In this document: positions 48,224-59,348 of the stretch, in pieces
How the letters are laid out: each line of letters begins with the position of its first letter
Position numbering within the stretch: position 1 is the stretch's first letter
The notes under the pieces: model-generated
What the model saw: only the letters and a program-made list of their open reading frames with translations
What the model was told of the DNA's origin: nothing
Database searches by the model: none
Translations under genes and position numbers: made by a program
Assembly (NCBI GenBank): GCA_963843145.1
Contig: CAWJJC010000005.1
Span: 172,595-236,594, forward strand
DNA length: 64,000 nucleotides
Reading direction: 5' to 3'
From: an uncultured delta proteobacterium
Lineage (GTDB): Bacteria; Desulfobacterota; RBG-13-43-22

Positions 48224-51200
48224 CTAGAAGTCCAGAGCCACCCCCAACGTGAAACGACGGCCGCGTGCATCGCCGATGACGCCGGTGCCGGGGCCAGTGC
48301 TGAAGTTGTCGCTGAAGGCCACCCCCGTCGGGAAACCGAGAAACTCTTGCGGGCCCTTATCGAATAGATCGTTGATGGTCGCGAAGAAGGTTGTGCGGTT
48401 GTCTCCCTTCCCGAAACGATATCTGACGCTGGCATCAAACAGCACCTGGCTCTCGAGCGAATTGTCAGCCACGTCCCACCGCGTGCTGGTGCCGTGGAAG
48501 TTGAAGTTCGGATTAATGAGCACCTCGCCGGTATAGCGAGCCGACAAACTGACGGACAAGGGCCCTTTAATCAGGCTGCTCGAGACTAACCCCGTCCATT
48601 GCGGAAACATTTGAGGATTCAGAAACTGACCCTGGATCTCAGTCTTCTTACCCGTGCTGTCCTTGCTCGATCGCTCTTTTAGATGGCTTCCCAGGAACCG
48701 GACATTCACGGCGCTGCCACGGAACCAGGGCACGTTCTTGCGGTAGTTGATTTCCAGGTCCACACCCTGGGCTTTAACCGACGCCTGGTTGTAGTACGGC
48801 ACGCCCACTAGCGCGATGGACGGGGTGTTCGGGAATGCCGGCACGGGCGGGCCCGTGCGCGTGATGAACTGGCACAGATCCACGTTATTGTCCACGTAGC
48901 ACCCGCTCACTACTTGGGCCGCAGTGATCTGGTTGATGTTATCCGTGACCTCGATGGTGTATGCGTCCACCGAAGCGCTAATGCCCTCGGCCCAATGGGG
49001 CTGGTAGACAAACCCGAAGACCGTAGTTTTGGCGCTCTCGGGTCGAATGTCCGGAGTCCCGTTCGAGAACGTGGTAATCCCGTAGGTCGTGCCGCCGGTC
49101 GGGTCCAGGAAGTAATCGGTCACGTTTGCAACGCCGCCCGTACGGTCGAACTTCTCGCCCATCGTTGCCGCGCGTACGTCCTGTGAGATCGTAGCGCGCA
49201 GGCGTAGTTGATCGTTGACCGTCCAGTCGAAACCGCCTTTCCAGGAGTCGACACCGCCCACACCGGAATAGTCCGCATAGCGGTAGGCCACGTCGAAGTT
49301 CAACTGCTGAACGATGCCGCGTTCGTGAACCAACGGCAGGAGGACCTCGGGAAGGCCTCCGTGACATCCTGCGAACCGCGAGCGAACGGCACGTTCGAGA
49401 ACTGAATTTCCACGCTGTTGCCCGATGCGGCGTTGCCGCCGGGAACGCCGCGAATCCCAAGTGCTGCGTTGTTCGCCATGACCGGCCGGTACGTCGGATC
49501 CTCGTTGATGTTGCCGCCGGGGCCCACCTCGACGACTTGCAGGAAGGATTCCTTGCGGCCTCCGTATCCTGCGGCCATCGTGATCGGGCCCGCCCAGCCG
49601 TTGCCGAGCTTGCCCGTCGGCCGAAATCTCCCAGACATCCTGGTTGATGGTAATGACTCTCTGTTTGTTCTCCCCGCTGATGTAGTCGTACGGGACACAC
49701 TCGGTCGCGGAGACGAAGCCATTGGCGTGGATCGGTACCCCCGGCTCGAAGCCGGTGACCCAGTCGACCGCCGCGGCCGAGGCGTGACCGCGGCCGAAGA
49801 GGTTTAGTGGCACACAATTCTGGTACAGGGGATTGAGCGGTGCCCCGGGTGGTCACGGCGACATTGCAGGCGGGTTGCCCGTGCTAGGGTCGTCACGACG
49901 TCGGCCGCCAGAAAGATACGGTCGAGACGTATACCGCCCTTCTGAATCGCTTTCACGTCCGTTTCGCCGGCCTGGTAGTAGCCCTTGATGCCCCAACTAC
50001 CTCCGAAGGAGTACTCGAAGCCTGCGGTATAGGAGTCCGTCGTGGTCGTCTGAGTGGTGGCCGATTCGGCGCCGATGTCTTCGGGCGCCCCGATCCGGCT
50101 GAACGGCACCGACGCCAGATGTTGGCCGTCATCGCCGCCTGGATCGCGGCCGGCAGGAACGGGTTACCACTGTAGATCGTGAAATTCCTGCGGAAAGGCG
50201 GCGCTGGCCGGGTACGGGAACAGACCGGGAGTGTTCAGCGAGGTGAAGTCGGCCTTGCTGTGAATCAACTGGCCGAAGACCGAAAACTTGTCGGTGAAGT
50301 CGTGCGTGACGTACAGGAATGTGTTCTCCCGGCCAGAATCCGGCGTGACAGTGATCGAGCCGATTTGGCTGTCGTGACCAGAACCACCATTCGCAACCGA
50401 GCAGCCGGTCGTGCTGCAGGGATTGCCGCGCACGTACGGTGACGGGGTACCGCTCGAATCAAGAATCTGGGTTCCTCCCGCCGCGGTCGGGAGATAAAAA
50501 ATTCCATCGATGTCGTAGCCGAGGGCACGGACATCGTTCACTGCGATGTAGAACGGATTGGTTGGAGAACTACCCGCGCCCGCAGCCGGGTTGTCGATCA
50601 AGCCGCGGTTCTTGTACCAGTCGTAGTGCAGAGCGGCCGAACCCCAGATCGGATCCTGTCGCTCCTTTTCTACGTTGAACAGAATGTGAGTCTTTTTCCC
50701 CACATCGAAGCCACCACCCGCGGACACCTTATAGTTCCTGTTATCCCCCTCCGAGTTGGCGCCGTACTGGACGTTGGCTTTGATGCCCTTTAAGTTTTTA
50801 TCGAGGATGAAGTTCACGACGCCCGCGACGGCGTCGGTTCCATAGGCGGCCGAAGCACCACCGGTCACGGTTTCCACCGTTCGCACCAGGTTCTCGGGAA
50901 ACAGGTTGATGTCCGGACCGCCGAAAATCGTCGACGGGACTACTCGGCGACCGTCTAGGAGTTGCAGCGTACGTTTGCTCTGAAGGCCGCGCAGGTCCAA
51001 GGAGCCCGCCCCAGTGCTCGTGAAGAACGGCGACGGCGTTTGGGTCGTCGCTGAACCGTAAAACTGTGGCAACTCCGAAAGACCTTCGATCAAATTCGTG
51101 GGCGCGAGTACCGACAGTTCTGCGGGAGTGACGACAGTGACGGGAACCGGCGTGTCCATCCCATTCGTATTGGTGATACGAGATCCGGTAACGACAATCT

Positions 51201-51330
51201 CTTCGGTCGGTTGCTGGGCGAAGGAAATGTGGTAGACGAGGCTGGTCGCGATGCATGCAAGGCCGAGCGGACGAATCGTCGGATGGCGGCGGCTCTTCGA
51301 GAACGCGCCCGATAGCGGTTGGTGTCGCAT
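48224..51330 (-). CDS. TonB-dependent receptor, broken by multiple indels
   Basis: TonB box EEIVVTGSRI, plug LDLRGL..RTLQLLDGRR, TGGASAAYGTDAVAGVVNFIL, and C-terminal GRRFTLGVALDF. Consecutive ORF pieces fall in different frames. Confidence 0.88.
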
Positions 51331-51621
51331 TACCCCCCCAAAATTTGTCGATCGTTATGTTTTCAAACCAGCTGATGGAGGGCCCGCGGACCAACATCTG
51401 AGCAAGGGTGCCCCCAGCCCGCGCATCGCACAGCCGCCCCCTCTCGATAAGATTTGTTATTCCCCCAACGACGGCCCTTGGAGAATAGCGAATCGTGATT
51501 CTTAGTCAAGCTTTAGTGATTATCCGATTATCGAGACCGTCTGACCGGCGGTGTGAGCTTCAACGCACGGGGAATAGGCGAGACCGGCGTCGATCGGCGA
51601 GAAGGGTGATACCTGCCGACC

Positions 51622-53685
51622 TCAGCGCGCCGCGAGGCGCCGCGGAGGGTCCGGCAACAGCGAGGCGCCGTCGAAGTTGGCCAGCAGCGCCGCGAACGCG
51701 TCGGCAGATACTGCTGCGCTCACGTAGAAACCCTGCACGGCATCGCAGCCGATCTGCTGGAGGAATGCGAACTGCGCCTGGTCCTCGACCCCCTCCGCGA
51801 TCACTCGCAGGCCGAGAATGCGCGTCATCGAAATGATCGCTTCGATGATGGACGCCGTCGTGTGATTCGTCAGCATCTCGGCGACGAACGAACGATCGAT
51901 TTTCAGCGTGTCGATCGGGAAGCTGCGCAAGTAGCTCAACGACGAGTAGCCCGTGCCGAAATCGTCGAGCGCCAAACCCACACCGAGCTGGCGCAACTCA
52001 TGCAGCAACGCGATCGCACGATCGCGCGCCGACACGATCACCGTCTCCGTGATCTCGATGCACAACATGGCCGGGTCGAGCCCGCTCGAAGCGAGATTCG
52101 CGCGCACGAGCTCGGAGAGATCCTGTCGCTGGAACTGCACGCCGGAGACGTTCACCGAGATCGGGATGCGCGGCAGCCCCGCGCGTTGCCACGCCGCGGC
52201 CTGCTGGCACGCACGCTCGAGTACCCACTGTCCAATCGGCAGGATCAAACCCGAATCCTCGGCGATCGGGATGAACGTCTGGGGTGAGATGTACCCGCGC
52301 TGCGGATGTTGCCAGCGCAGCAACGCCTCGGCCCCGATGATCTTGCCCGTGCGGATGTCTATTTGCGGCTGATAGTGCAGCGCAAGCCCATTCCCGTCGA
52401 GCGCGTGCCGCAAACCCGTCTCGAGCGTGAGGCGTTCGACGGACGCTGCGTTCATCGCGGCCGAGTAGTACTGGAACGCCGCCTTACCCTCCTGCTTCGC
52501 GTGATACATCGCCGTGTCGGCGTTGCGGATCAGGATCTCGCTCGACAGTCCATCCTCAGGGTAAGTTGCGATGCCGATACTCGCCGTCACGAACACCTCG
52601 TGCCCTTCCGCACGGATCGGCGTCTCGAGATGCGTCAAAATGCGCCGCGCGACAGTGCCGGCCGCAAATCGGTCGCGCGTATCCGGCAGCAGCACGACGA
52701 ACTCGTCGCCGCCGAGACGTGAAATCACCGAGTCATCGATGGGTTCTATCGTGATCGTCTGCGCGGCGTCGAATTTCTCGCCACTGTACAGCCCGAGCAG
52801 ATCATCGGTGCGAATCAGCGCGCTGAGCGACTCAGCCAGGTTGCGCAGCACCTGATCGGCCGCCTGATGGCCGATCGTGTCGTTGATCAGCTTGAAGTTG
52901 TCGATGTCGATGAACAACACCGCAAACTCGTTGCCCTTGCGGCGAGAGCGCCCGAGCACTTTCTCGAGATGCTCGTTGAACAGGCGCCGATTTGGCAATC
53001 CCGTGAGCCCGTCCTGGTAAGCAAGTGCCCGAATTTGCTCGTTCGACTCGCCGAGCCTCCGGAAGGCATCCTCGCGCAACGCCGCTTCGTTCTTCAATGC
53101 TTCGTTGGCCGCACGCAGCTCGCACGTCTGAGCATCGATGACGGCCGTCATGTCCTGCACCTTCAGGGCCGCGAGCCGCGAAAGCTCCCAGCGGCGTTGC
53201 AGAGCGTGCGCAAGCTGGCGCACTTCGACGGTGTCGAACGGCTTCTTCAGGATCAGCACGCGATCGGTGTTGCCGAACGCGGAGGTCATCTCTTCCCAGC
53301 TGTGATCCGAGTACGCCGAGCAGATGACGATGCCGACGTCTTCGTCTTCGCGCAGCAAGCGGACGGTCGTCTGGATTCCATCGAGGCCGGGCGGCATGCG
53401 GACGTCGATGAACAGCAGCGCGTACCCGCGCCCTTCGACCCGCGCGCGCCGGACCTTCTCGATCGCCTCCTCCCCCTGATATGCCGAATCGAGCTCGAAG
53501 CCCTCGTCCTGCGTCGCAGCCTTCGTGCCGAACAGTTCTGCGTCTAGCGCATCCAGCTCGTCGCGCGTACCGGCTGCCGCTGCAAGAATCTTCCGAAAGT
53601 CGTCGTGGATCGCACGATTGTCGTCGACGATAAGAATCCGTCGATTGCGTTCGACGAGGCGCGGCGCTGCGTTCGACTCGCTCAT
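51622..53685 (-). CDS. REC-GGDEF-EAL c-di-GMP signalling protein
   Basis: IVDDN..IDVRMPPG..KKPF; DGLTGLPNR, RLGGDEF; EALLRW, EITE, DDFGTGYSS, EGVE. Confidence 0.95.
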   Translation of the reverse strand: MSESNAAPRLVERNRRILIVDDNRAIHDDFRKILAAAAGTRDELDALDAELFGTKAATQDEGFELDSAYQGEEAIEKVRRARVEGRGYALLFIDVRMPPGLDGIQTTVRLLREDEDVGIVICSAYSDHSWEEMTSAFGNTDRVLILKKPFDTVEVRQLAHALQRRWELSRLAALKVQDMTAVIDAQTCELRAANEALKNEAALREDAFRRLGESNEQIRALAYQDGLTGLPNRRLFNEHLEKVLGRSRRKGNEFAVLFIDIDNFKLINDTIGHQAADQVLRNLAESLSALIRTDDLLGLYSGEKFDAAQTITIEPIDDSVISRLGGDEFVVLLPDTRDRFAAGTVARRILTHLETPIRAEGHEVFVTASIGIATYPEDGLSSEILIRNADTAMYHAKQEGKAAFQYYSAAMNAASVERLTLETGLRHALDGNGLALHYQPQIDIRTGKIIGAEALLRWQHPQRGYISPQTFIPIAEDSGLILPIGQWVLERACQQAAAWQRAGLPRIPISVNVSGVQFQRQDLSELVRANLASSGLDPAMLCIEITETVIVSARDRAIALLHELRQLGVGLALDDFGTGYSSLSYLRSFPIDTLKIDRSFVAEMLTNHTTASIIEAIISMTRILGLRVIAEGVEDQAQFAFLQQIGCDAVQGFYVSAAVSADAFAALLANFDGASLLPDPPRRLAAR

Positions 53686-53688
53686 TGG

Positions 53689-56600
53689 CTAGGCTCCGGC
53701 TTCCGCGAACCCAATTCGTTGCGGCAGCTCTTCGGCATACTCCACCGGCATCCGCAACACGAAGCTCGCGCCTTTGCCGAGCCCGTCGCTGTACGCCGTG
53801 AGACTGCCGTCCATTTGTTGCGCGGCGTTCGCGCAGTTGTGCAGGCCGAAGCCGTGCCCCGTCTTCTTCGTCGTGAATCCGTGACTGAAGATCTTCGGCA
53901 GATTCTCCGGCGCGATGCCGACGCCGTTGTCGCGCACCTCGATCCGCGCGCCGCCTTCCACGCGCGCTATTCCAACCTTCAGCTGCCGTTTCGGCTGCGT
54001 CGATTCCTCGAGCGCGTGCTTCGCGTTCGAGACCAGATTGACGACAATCTGCATGATCTGATGTCGGTCGATGAGCACCGCCGGCAGCTTCTCGTAGTCG
54101 CGCGCAATCTCGATGTTCGCGCCGCGCAGCGCCGCTTCGCTGATGGATAACGCGGTCTCTGCAATCTCCTCGAGCGTGCACACCTCGGTCATACCGTTGA
54201 CCTTCGCGTACGACTGCTGCGCCGCGATGATTTTCTTCATGTGCTCGAGGTGCGCGGACAGTTGCTCGATATTGTTGAGAATTGCCTGTTTTTCCTCGAC
54301 GAGCGTGGCGCCGAGTTTGCGCAGGTAGTCCGGCAGTTTTCTGCCCACGGGATCCGAGGCAAGGTATTCCGCGAGCCGCGCGGAATTATCGTTCAACAGG
54401 CCGACGACGCGGCTCAACCCTTCCACCGGCAGCGCCTTGACAGTGTCACGTGCCACACTCGCGCCCACATTCACGCTGTTCATGACGTTGCCGACGTTGT
54501 GCAGCACGCCCGAGGCCACCTCGGCCATGCCGGCACGTCGCGACATATCGACGAGCCGCCCCTGCGCGCTTTCGAGCTCCTTCGTGCGTTCCTTCACGAG
54601 CTCCTCGAGGTGATCGCGGTAGCGGCCGAGCTCCTGCTCGGCGCGCTTACGCTCGGTGATCTCGCGTGTAAGCGTCTCGTTCGCCGCCTCGATCGTCCGG
54701 CGCTGTTGGTCCTGCTTGCTATACAACGTCGCGTTCTCGATCGAAACCGCGATCTGGGACATGAGAATGTTCAACGCCTCGAGCCGGCCTGGCGTAAACG
54801 CGCCCGCCACCTGGTTGTTCTCGAGGTAGACGGCGCCGATCAGCTTGCCCTGATGCGATACCGGAACGCACAGCACGGACTTCGGCTTGTGCTCGCCGAC
54901 GTACGGATCGTTGCGGAACTTGCCGCGCTGCGCCGCATCGTCGAGCACCACGTGCTCCGACGTACGCAGCACATAGTTCACGATACCCTTCGAGCAGATC
55001 GTCGATAAACGCAAAGGCTCGGCCAACAGCACGCTCGCTTCGGCGGCGGCCGTCTTGAATCCCTGGACGAGAAACTCGCCATCGGATTCGAGGAGCAGCA
55101 CGACCGACTCCGCGCCCGCATTCTCGCGCAAAATATCGAGCAGCTTCGCGAGTAACCGTTCGAGCACGATCTCGCCAGCGATCGCTTGGTTGGCTTTCAG
55201 GAGCGCAGCAAGATCGAGGGAGTCCGAGCGGTCCGCTGCCGGACCGGCACTCGTCGTACCCGCTGTGATCGACACTGTGGCGCCGTGTCCCGCGTTGAGC
55301 CCGTGCCGGCCGACGAGGTCGGCCACCATGCCACTCGCGCCCCACGCTTCGTACGCGCCGAGCGCCTTGTCGAGATACACGCGACTGAACTCCGGCTTTC
55401 CGTCCCGGAACCAAAAGCGTGCGGCGAGATCGCACGCGAGCGACTCGACGTTCAGGAACGCATGCTGGCGCGCGGAAGCGATTGCGCGGTCGTAAAGGTC
55501 GGCGGCCTGGATGCGCATGCCGGAAAGCCGTGCGCATTCCGCTTCGACGAGCAGATGCATGTGCTCGTGATTCGCGGCACAAAGGCCTGCGAGGCGCGCG
55601 AGCGTCTGGCGAAGCGGAACGAGCTCTGCGTCGAGCTCCGCGCGCTTAGCGACAGGCGCGTCGGCGTACACCGCGGCAATCGAGAGCGCGTAGAACAAGG
55701 CGTGCTCGCCACGCGTCGCATAGCCGGCCGTGAAGGTCTGCAGGCTCTCCGCAATCCGCGCAATCTCGTAGGCGCTCTGGAAATCGGCCGCGAAGTAGCG
55801 CTGCGCGGTAAGCACCATGTACCAGTCGGATTCCACCGAACGATTGCCGCGCGCATGAATCGCCGCGCCGAGCTCTGCTTCGTCGATGGCGAGCTTGTCC
55901 CCGCCCGGCCGCTCGCCGCGCAACCAGTCGGTCAGCTTCAAGCGCACCTCGACGAACTCCTGGTTCGTCGTGTCGTTGAGCCGCCGGAGCAGCTCGAGCC
56001 CGGCCTCCGCGTCGGCACGCAGCTCATTGAGGGGCATGCCCCGGCCCTGCAAATGCGTAAACCGCCGGGCAACGCTGTAACCCGCGTGCAGGTGATCGCC
56101 GGTCTGCAAACCGAATTCAATGGAGCGATCAAAAACCGGGATGCTCGCATCGATCGGGTCGACGCCGTGCGAGCCGAACACGCCGTGAAGCATATAGACG
56201 CCTGAGAGGATCGACGTCTCGCCGAGCTTGTGCGCGAGATCGACGCCAACCTTCGTGAACCGGTATGCGTCCTCGTATTCCGCCAGCACGCCCGAAAGCA
56301 GCGCGCCGAACGAGCCGTAGGCTCGCGCCGACAATCCGCTGTTTCCGTGCTCGAGCGACAGCCGCAGCATCGCGCAGCAGAGCAGTGCATACGACTCCTG
56401 ATCGCTCTGATAGGCGGCCGGCAGGCAGTGGCTCAAAAGCCCCATCAACGTGATCTTGCTGGCGTCCTGCATCGGCGGCAGATCGAGCAACTTGTCGATG
56501 CCGATCGCCTTCGAGCGCTCGCGAATGAACTGGATTTCGCGTTGCAACATCGCCCGAACTTGCTCCGGCTGGTCCGGCAGATCGATCCCAAACTCGCGCG

Positions 56601-59166
56601 CCGCTGCGCGGCCACAGGCAAGCGCCTCAGGTAGCCTGCCCAGCATCTGCAGCACGTTCGTGCGCACGGCGGAGAGGCTTGCGCGATCGACCAGCGACGT
56701 TGCGTGCTGCAATGCGATGTCTAGAATGGGCAGCGCTTCGGTCGCCTCGGCCGTGAGACCCAGCGCCTCGGCGAGGCGCCGATGGGTGTCGTACTGCGCG
56801 GCGTATTCCTGCTGCCACGCGCGTGGCCCCGCCAGCTCCACTGCGATTCGGAAACTGCGCACGGAAAGGCCATAGGCCGTCGAGTCGCGCGCCTTCATGC
56901 CGACGCGACGGTTCAACTCGGCGAGTCTGCGTCGTTCAGCCTCGTCGCGAATCAACTCGCGGCCATGATTCAGGTGGCTGACGACGTCGAACAGGCGCCC
57001 GTCGAGCTCGGCGGGAGGCGTCACGGCCAACAGCGCGCGGCCGATTCCGAGATGCAGCGTGGGGCGCTCGCTCTCGTAGAGGAGTGCATACGCGGCCTGC
57101 TGCACACGATCATGCCGGAACGCGAACCGCCCGTAGACCAACGGCGACTGGCCGTCGGCATCGAGGCTCTCGAGGCCGGTCAGCGGCGTGACGAGGCCGT
57201 CCTCGATAGCGGGACGCAAGCTTGCATCGGTCTCGGCGGGCGATAGCCCTTGCACGGTAGCGAGCACCCGCAGGTCGAACCGGCCGCCGATGACGGCCGC
57301 GGTCCTCAGCGTGGCACGCGTCGCAACGGGCAACCGCTGCAACTTTACCGCCAGCAGCTCGGCGACGTTCTCGGTGATCGCCGCTTCGCGCACGGCTTCC
57401 ACGTTATAGAGGAACGCGCGTTTCGCAGCGTCGAATTTGATTAGCCCTTCGCCGTGCAACGCCTGTAGAAACTGGCGCATGAAGAAGGGATTACCGCCGG
57501 TCTTCTGCCGAATGATCTCTGCGAGCGGAGCCACCGTCGTCCGATCCTGATGCAGCGTATCGCCGACGAACTCCGCCACCTCGGCAACACCGAGCGCCTT
57601 GAGCTCGATCGAGTGCACGGGGACGCCCTGCTTCGCCTGCTCCTTTACGGCGAGCATGAACGGATGCGTGGCCGACACCTCCGTGTCGCGATACGTGAGC
57701 ACGAGCAGCAGCGACTCCGTGGCGCGCGCAGCGACGATCGACCCCACGAGGTTCAGGCTCGCGGGGTCTGCCCACTGCATGTCGTCCAAGAACAGCACGA
57801 GAGGATGCTCGCGCTTGCAGAACACCTGCACGAAGTTCTGGAATGCGAGGTAGAAACGGTTTTGCGCCTCGAGCGCTTCGAGCTCCGGCACGCGCGGCTG
57901 CGGGCCGATGATTAGCTGAAGCTCGGGCACCACGTCGACGATGAGCTGGCCATTCGGGGCCACTGCATCGCGAATCCGGTCGCGCCATGCCGCGATCTCT
58001 TCCTCGCTCTCGGTCAGGAGTTGCTGCACGAGCTCGCGCAGCGCGCCGACGAACGCACTGAACGGCACGTTCTGCTCGAGCTGCTCGAACTTGCCGGAGA
58101 CGAAGTAGCCGCGCCGGCCCGTGACGGGCTGATAGATCTCCTGGACGAGCGACGTTTTGCCGATACCCGCCTGACCCGCGATGGTGATCGTCTCCACGCC
58201 GCCACGCGCAACGCGCTCGAAGCTCGACAGAAGAGTCTTCGCTTCGGCTGTGCGGCCGTACAGCTTCTGCGGCGGCTCGAAGCGATCCACGACATCTTCG
58301 CTGCCGAGCGGAAACGGCGCGACCGAGCCGTGGCGGTCGAGCAGCGCTAGACACCGCCGCAGGTCGGCCGCGAGCCCGCCGGCGCTCTGATATCGCTGCT
58401 CCGGCTCCTTCTGAAGCAGCTTCAGCACGATGTCGGACAGCGCTTCGGGAACGCGCCGGTCCCGATCGCGCGGCGACACGGGCTTACCGGCGATGTGGAA
58501 GTGCACCATCTCGAGCGGATCGGAGCTCTCGTGTGGCAGACCTCCAGTGAGAAGCTCGTACAGCGTGATGCCAAGCGAGTAAAGGTCCGCGCGGTAGTCG
58601 AGGCTGCGATTCATGCGGCCCGTCTGCTCGGGCGCCAGGTATGCAAGCGTTCCTTCGAGGGCGGCAGGCGCCTGGAATTTGCTTTCTTCACTACGTAAGC
58701 GCGTGGCGATGCCGAAGTCGACCAACGTGCAGCGGCCGCTCTCGGCGTCGTAGACGACGTTGTGGCTCGTGATGTCTTTGTGGATGACGTTGGCCGCGTG
58801 GACGCCGGCTAAGATGTCTGCGAGCTGGATGGCTACAGCCAAGCGCTCGCGCATCGGTGCGCCGACCGACGCTTCGATCCAGCGGCGCAGCGACACACCC
58901 GGCACGTCCTCGAGTACGAGCGCAGCCTGCCCATCGTGCCGCACGAGCTCGTACGCTTTGACGACGCCGGGGCACTCGAGCGAGCGCAGCAATTCGAACT
59001 CATTGCGGTAGCGTGTGAGCTGGCGGGCGGACACGGGGTGGCTCTGCGAGCGCTTGATCGCCACGCACGCGCCGTCGCTCGTGCGTCGCGCGCGGTAGAC
59101 CGAAGACACGCTGCTCTCGTGGATCGGTTCCCCGTGCTGATAGCCCGGAAGCTGTGCTGCCTCCAC
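53689..59166 (-). CDS. Multidomain Ser/Thr kinase - AAA/STAND ATPase - GAF - histidine kinase
   Basis: VAIK, HKDI..N, DFG, YLAPEQTGRMNR; Walker A GQAGIGKT, FLDDMQWAD; GAF (KSVLCVP..YLENN); H-box LHNVGN, DNGVG, FTTK..GFGL. GTG start chosen from the SD. Confidence 0.93.
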   Translation of the reverse strand: MEAAQLPGYQHGEPIHESSVSSVYRARRTSDGACVAIKRSQSHPVSARQLTRYRNEFELLRSLECPGVVKAYELVRHDGQAALVLEDVPGVSLRRWIEASVGAPMRERLAVAIQLADILAGVHAANVIHKDITSHNVVYDAESGRCTLVDFGIATRLRSEESKFQAPAALEGTLAYLAPEQTGRMNRSLDYRADLYSLGITLYELLTGGLPHESSDPLEMVHFHIAGKPVSPRDRDRRVPEALSDIVLKLLQKEPEQRYQSAGGLAADLRRCLALLDRHGSVAPFPLGSEDVVDRFEPPQKLYGRTAEAKTLLSSFERVARGGVETITIAGQAGIGKTSLVQEIYQPVTGRRGYFVSGKFEQLEQNVPFSAFVGALRELVQQLLTESEEEIAAWRDRIRDAVAPNGQLIVDVVPELQLIIGPQPRVPELEALEAQNRFYLAFQNFVQVFCKREHPLVLFLDDMQWADPASLNLVGSIVAARATESLLLVLTYRDTEVSATHPFMLAVKEQAKQGVPVHSIELKALGVAEVAEFVGDTLHQDRTTVAPLAEIIRQKTGGNPFFMRQFLQALHGEGLIKFDAAKRAFLYNVEAVREAAITENVAELLAVKLQRLPVATRATLRTAAVIGGRFDLRVLATVQGLSPAETDASLRPAIEDGLVTPLTGLESLDADGQSPLVYGRFAFRHDRVQQAAYALLYESERPTLHLGIGRALLAVTPPAELDGRLFDVVSHLNHGRELIRDEAERRRLAELNRRVGMKARDSTAYGLSVRSFRIAVELAGPRAWQQEYAAQYDTHRRLAEALGLTAEATEALPILDIALQHATSLVDRASLSAVRTNVLQMLGRLPEALACGRAAAREFGIDLPDQPEQVRAMLQREIQFIRERSKAIGIDKLLDLPPMQDASKITLMGLLSHCLPAAYQSDQESYALLCCAMLRLSLEHGNSGLSARAYGSFGALLSGVLAEYEDAYRFTKVGVDLAHKLGETSILSGVYMLHGVFGSHGVDPIDASIPVFDRSIEFGLQTGDHLHAGYSVARRFTHLQGRGMPLNELRADAEAGLELLRRLNDTTNQEFVEVRLKLTDWLRGERPGGDKLAIDEAELGAAIHARGNRSVESDWYMVLTAQRYFAADFQSAYEIARIAESLQTFTAGYATRGEHALFYALSIAAVYADAPVAKRAELDAELVPLRQTLARLAGLCAANHEHMHLLVEAECARLSGMRIQAADLYDRAIASARQHAFLNVESLACDLAARFWFRDGKPEFSRVYLDKALGAYEAWGASGMVADLVGRHGLNAGHGATVSITAGTTSAGPAADRSDSLDLAALLKANQAIAGEIVLERLLAKLLDILRENAGAESVVLLLESDGEFLVQGFKTAAAEASVLLAEPLRLSTICSKGIVNYVLRTSEHVVLDDAAQRGKFRNDPYVGEHKPKSVLCVPVSHQGKLIGAVYLENNQVAGAFTPGRLEALNILMSQIAVSIENATLYSKQDQQRRTIEAANETLTREITERKRAEQELGRYRDHLEELVKERTKELESAQGRLVDMSRRAGMAEVASGVLHNVGNVMNSVNVGASVARDTVKALPVEGLSRVVGLLNDNSARLAEYLASDPVGRKLPDYLRKLGATLVEEKQAILNNIEQLSAHLEHMKKIIAAQQSYAKVNGMTEVCTLEEIAETALSISEAALRGANIEIARDYEKLPAVLIDRHQIMQIVVNLVSNAKHALEESTQPKRQLKVGIARVEGGARIEVRDNGVGIAPENLPKIFSHGFTTKKTGHGFGLHNCANAAQQMDGSLTAYSDGLGKGASFVLRMPVEYAEELPQRIGFAEAGA

Positions 59167-59348
59167 CTTCCTACCCCTCGTTGGATGTCGCGGCCGCCGC
59201 CCCCTGTGCCCCACGCCCGCCCAGCGCCGGGACGGCGGGCTATATCGAACAGTCGGCCTCGTGGGCCAAAAACTGAAGATCGCCGCCGCGGAACGGCGTC
59301 ACAGTCAGGCGCATTGGGACGCGAGGTCGGCCTATCTCTGACGGCGGC

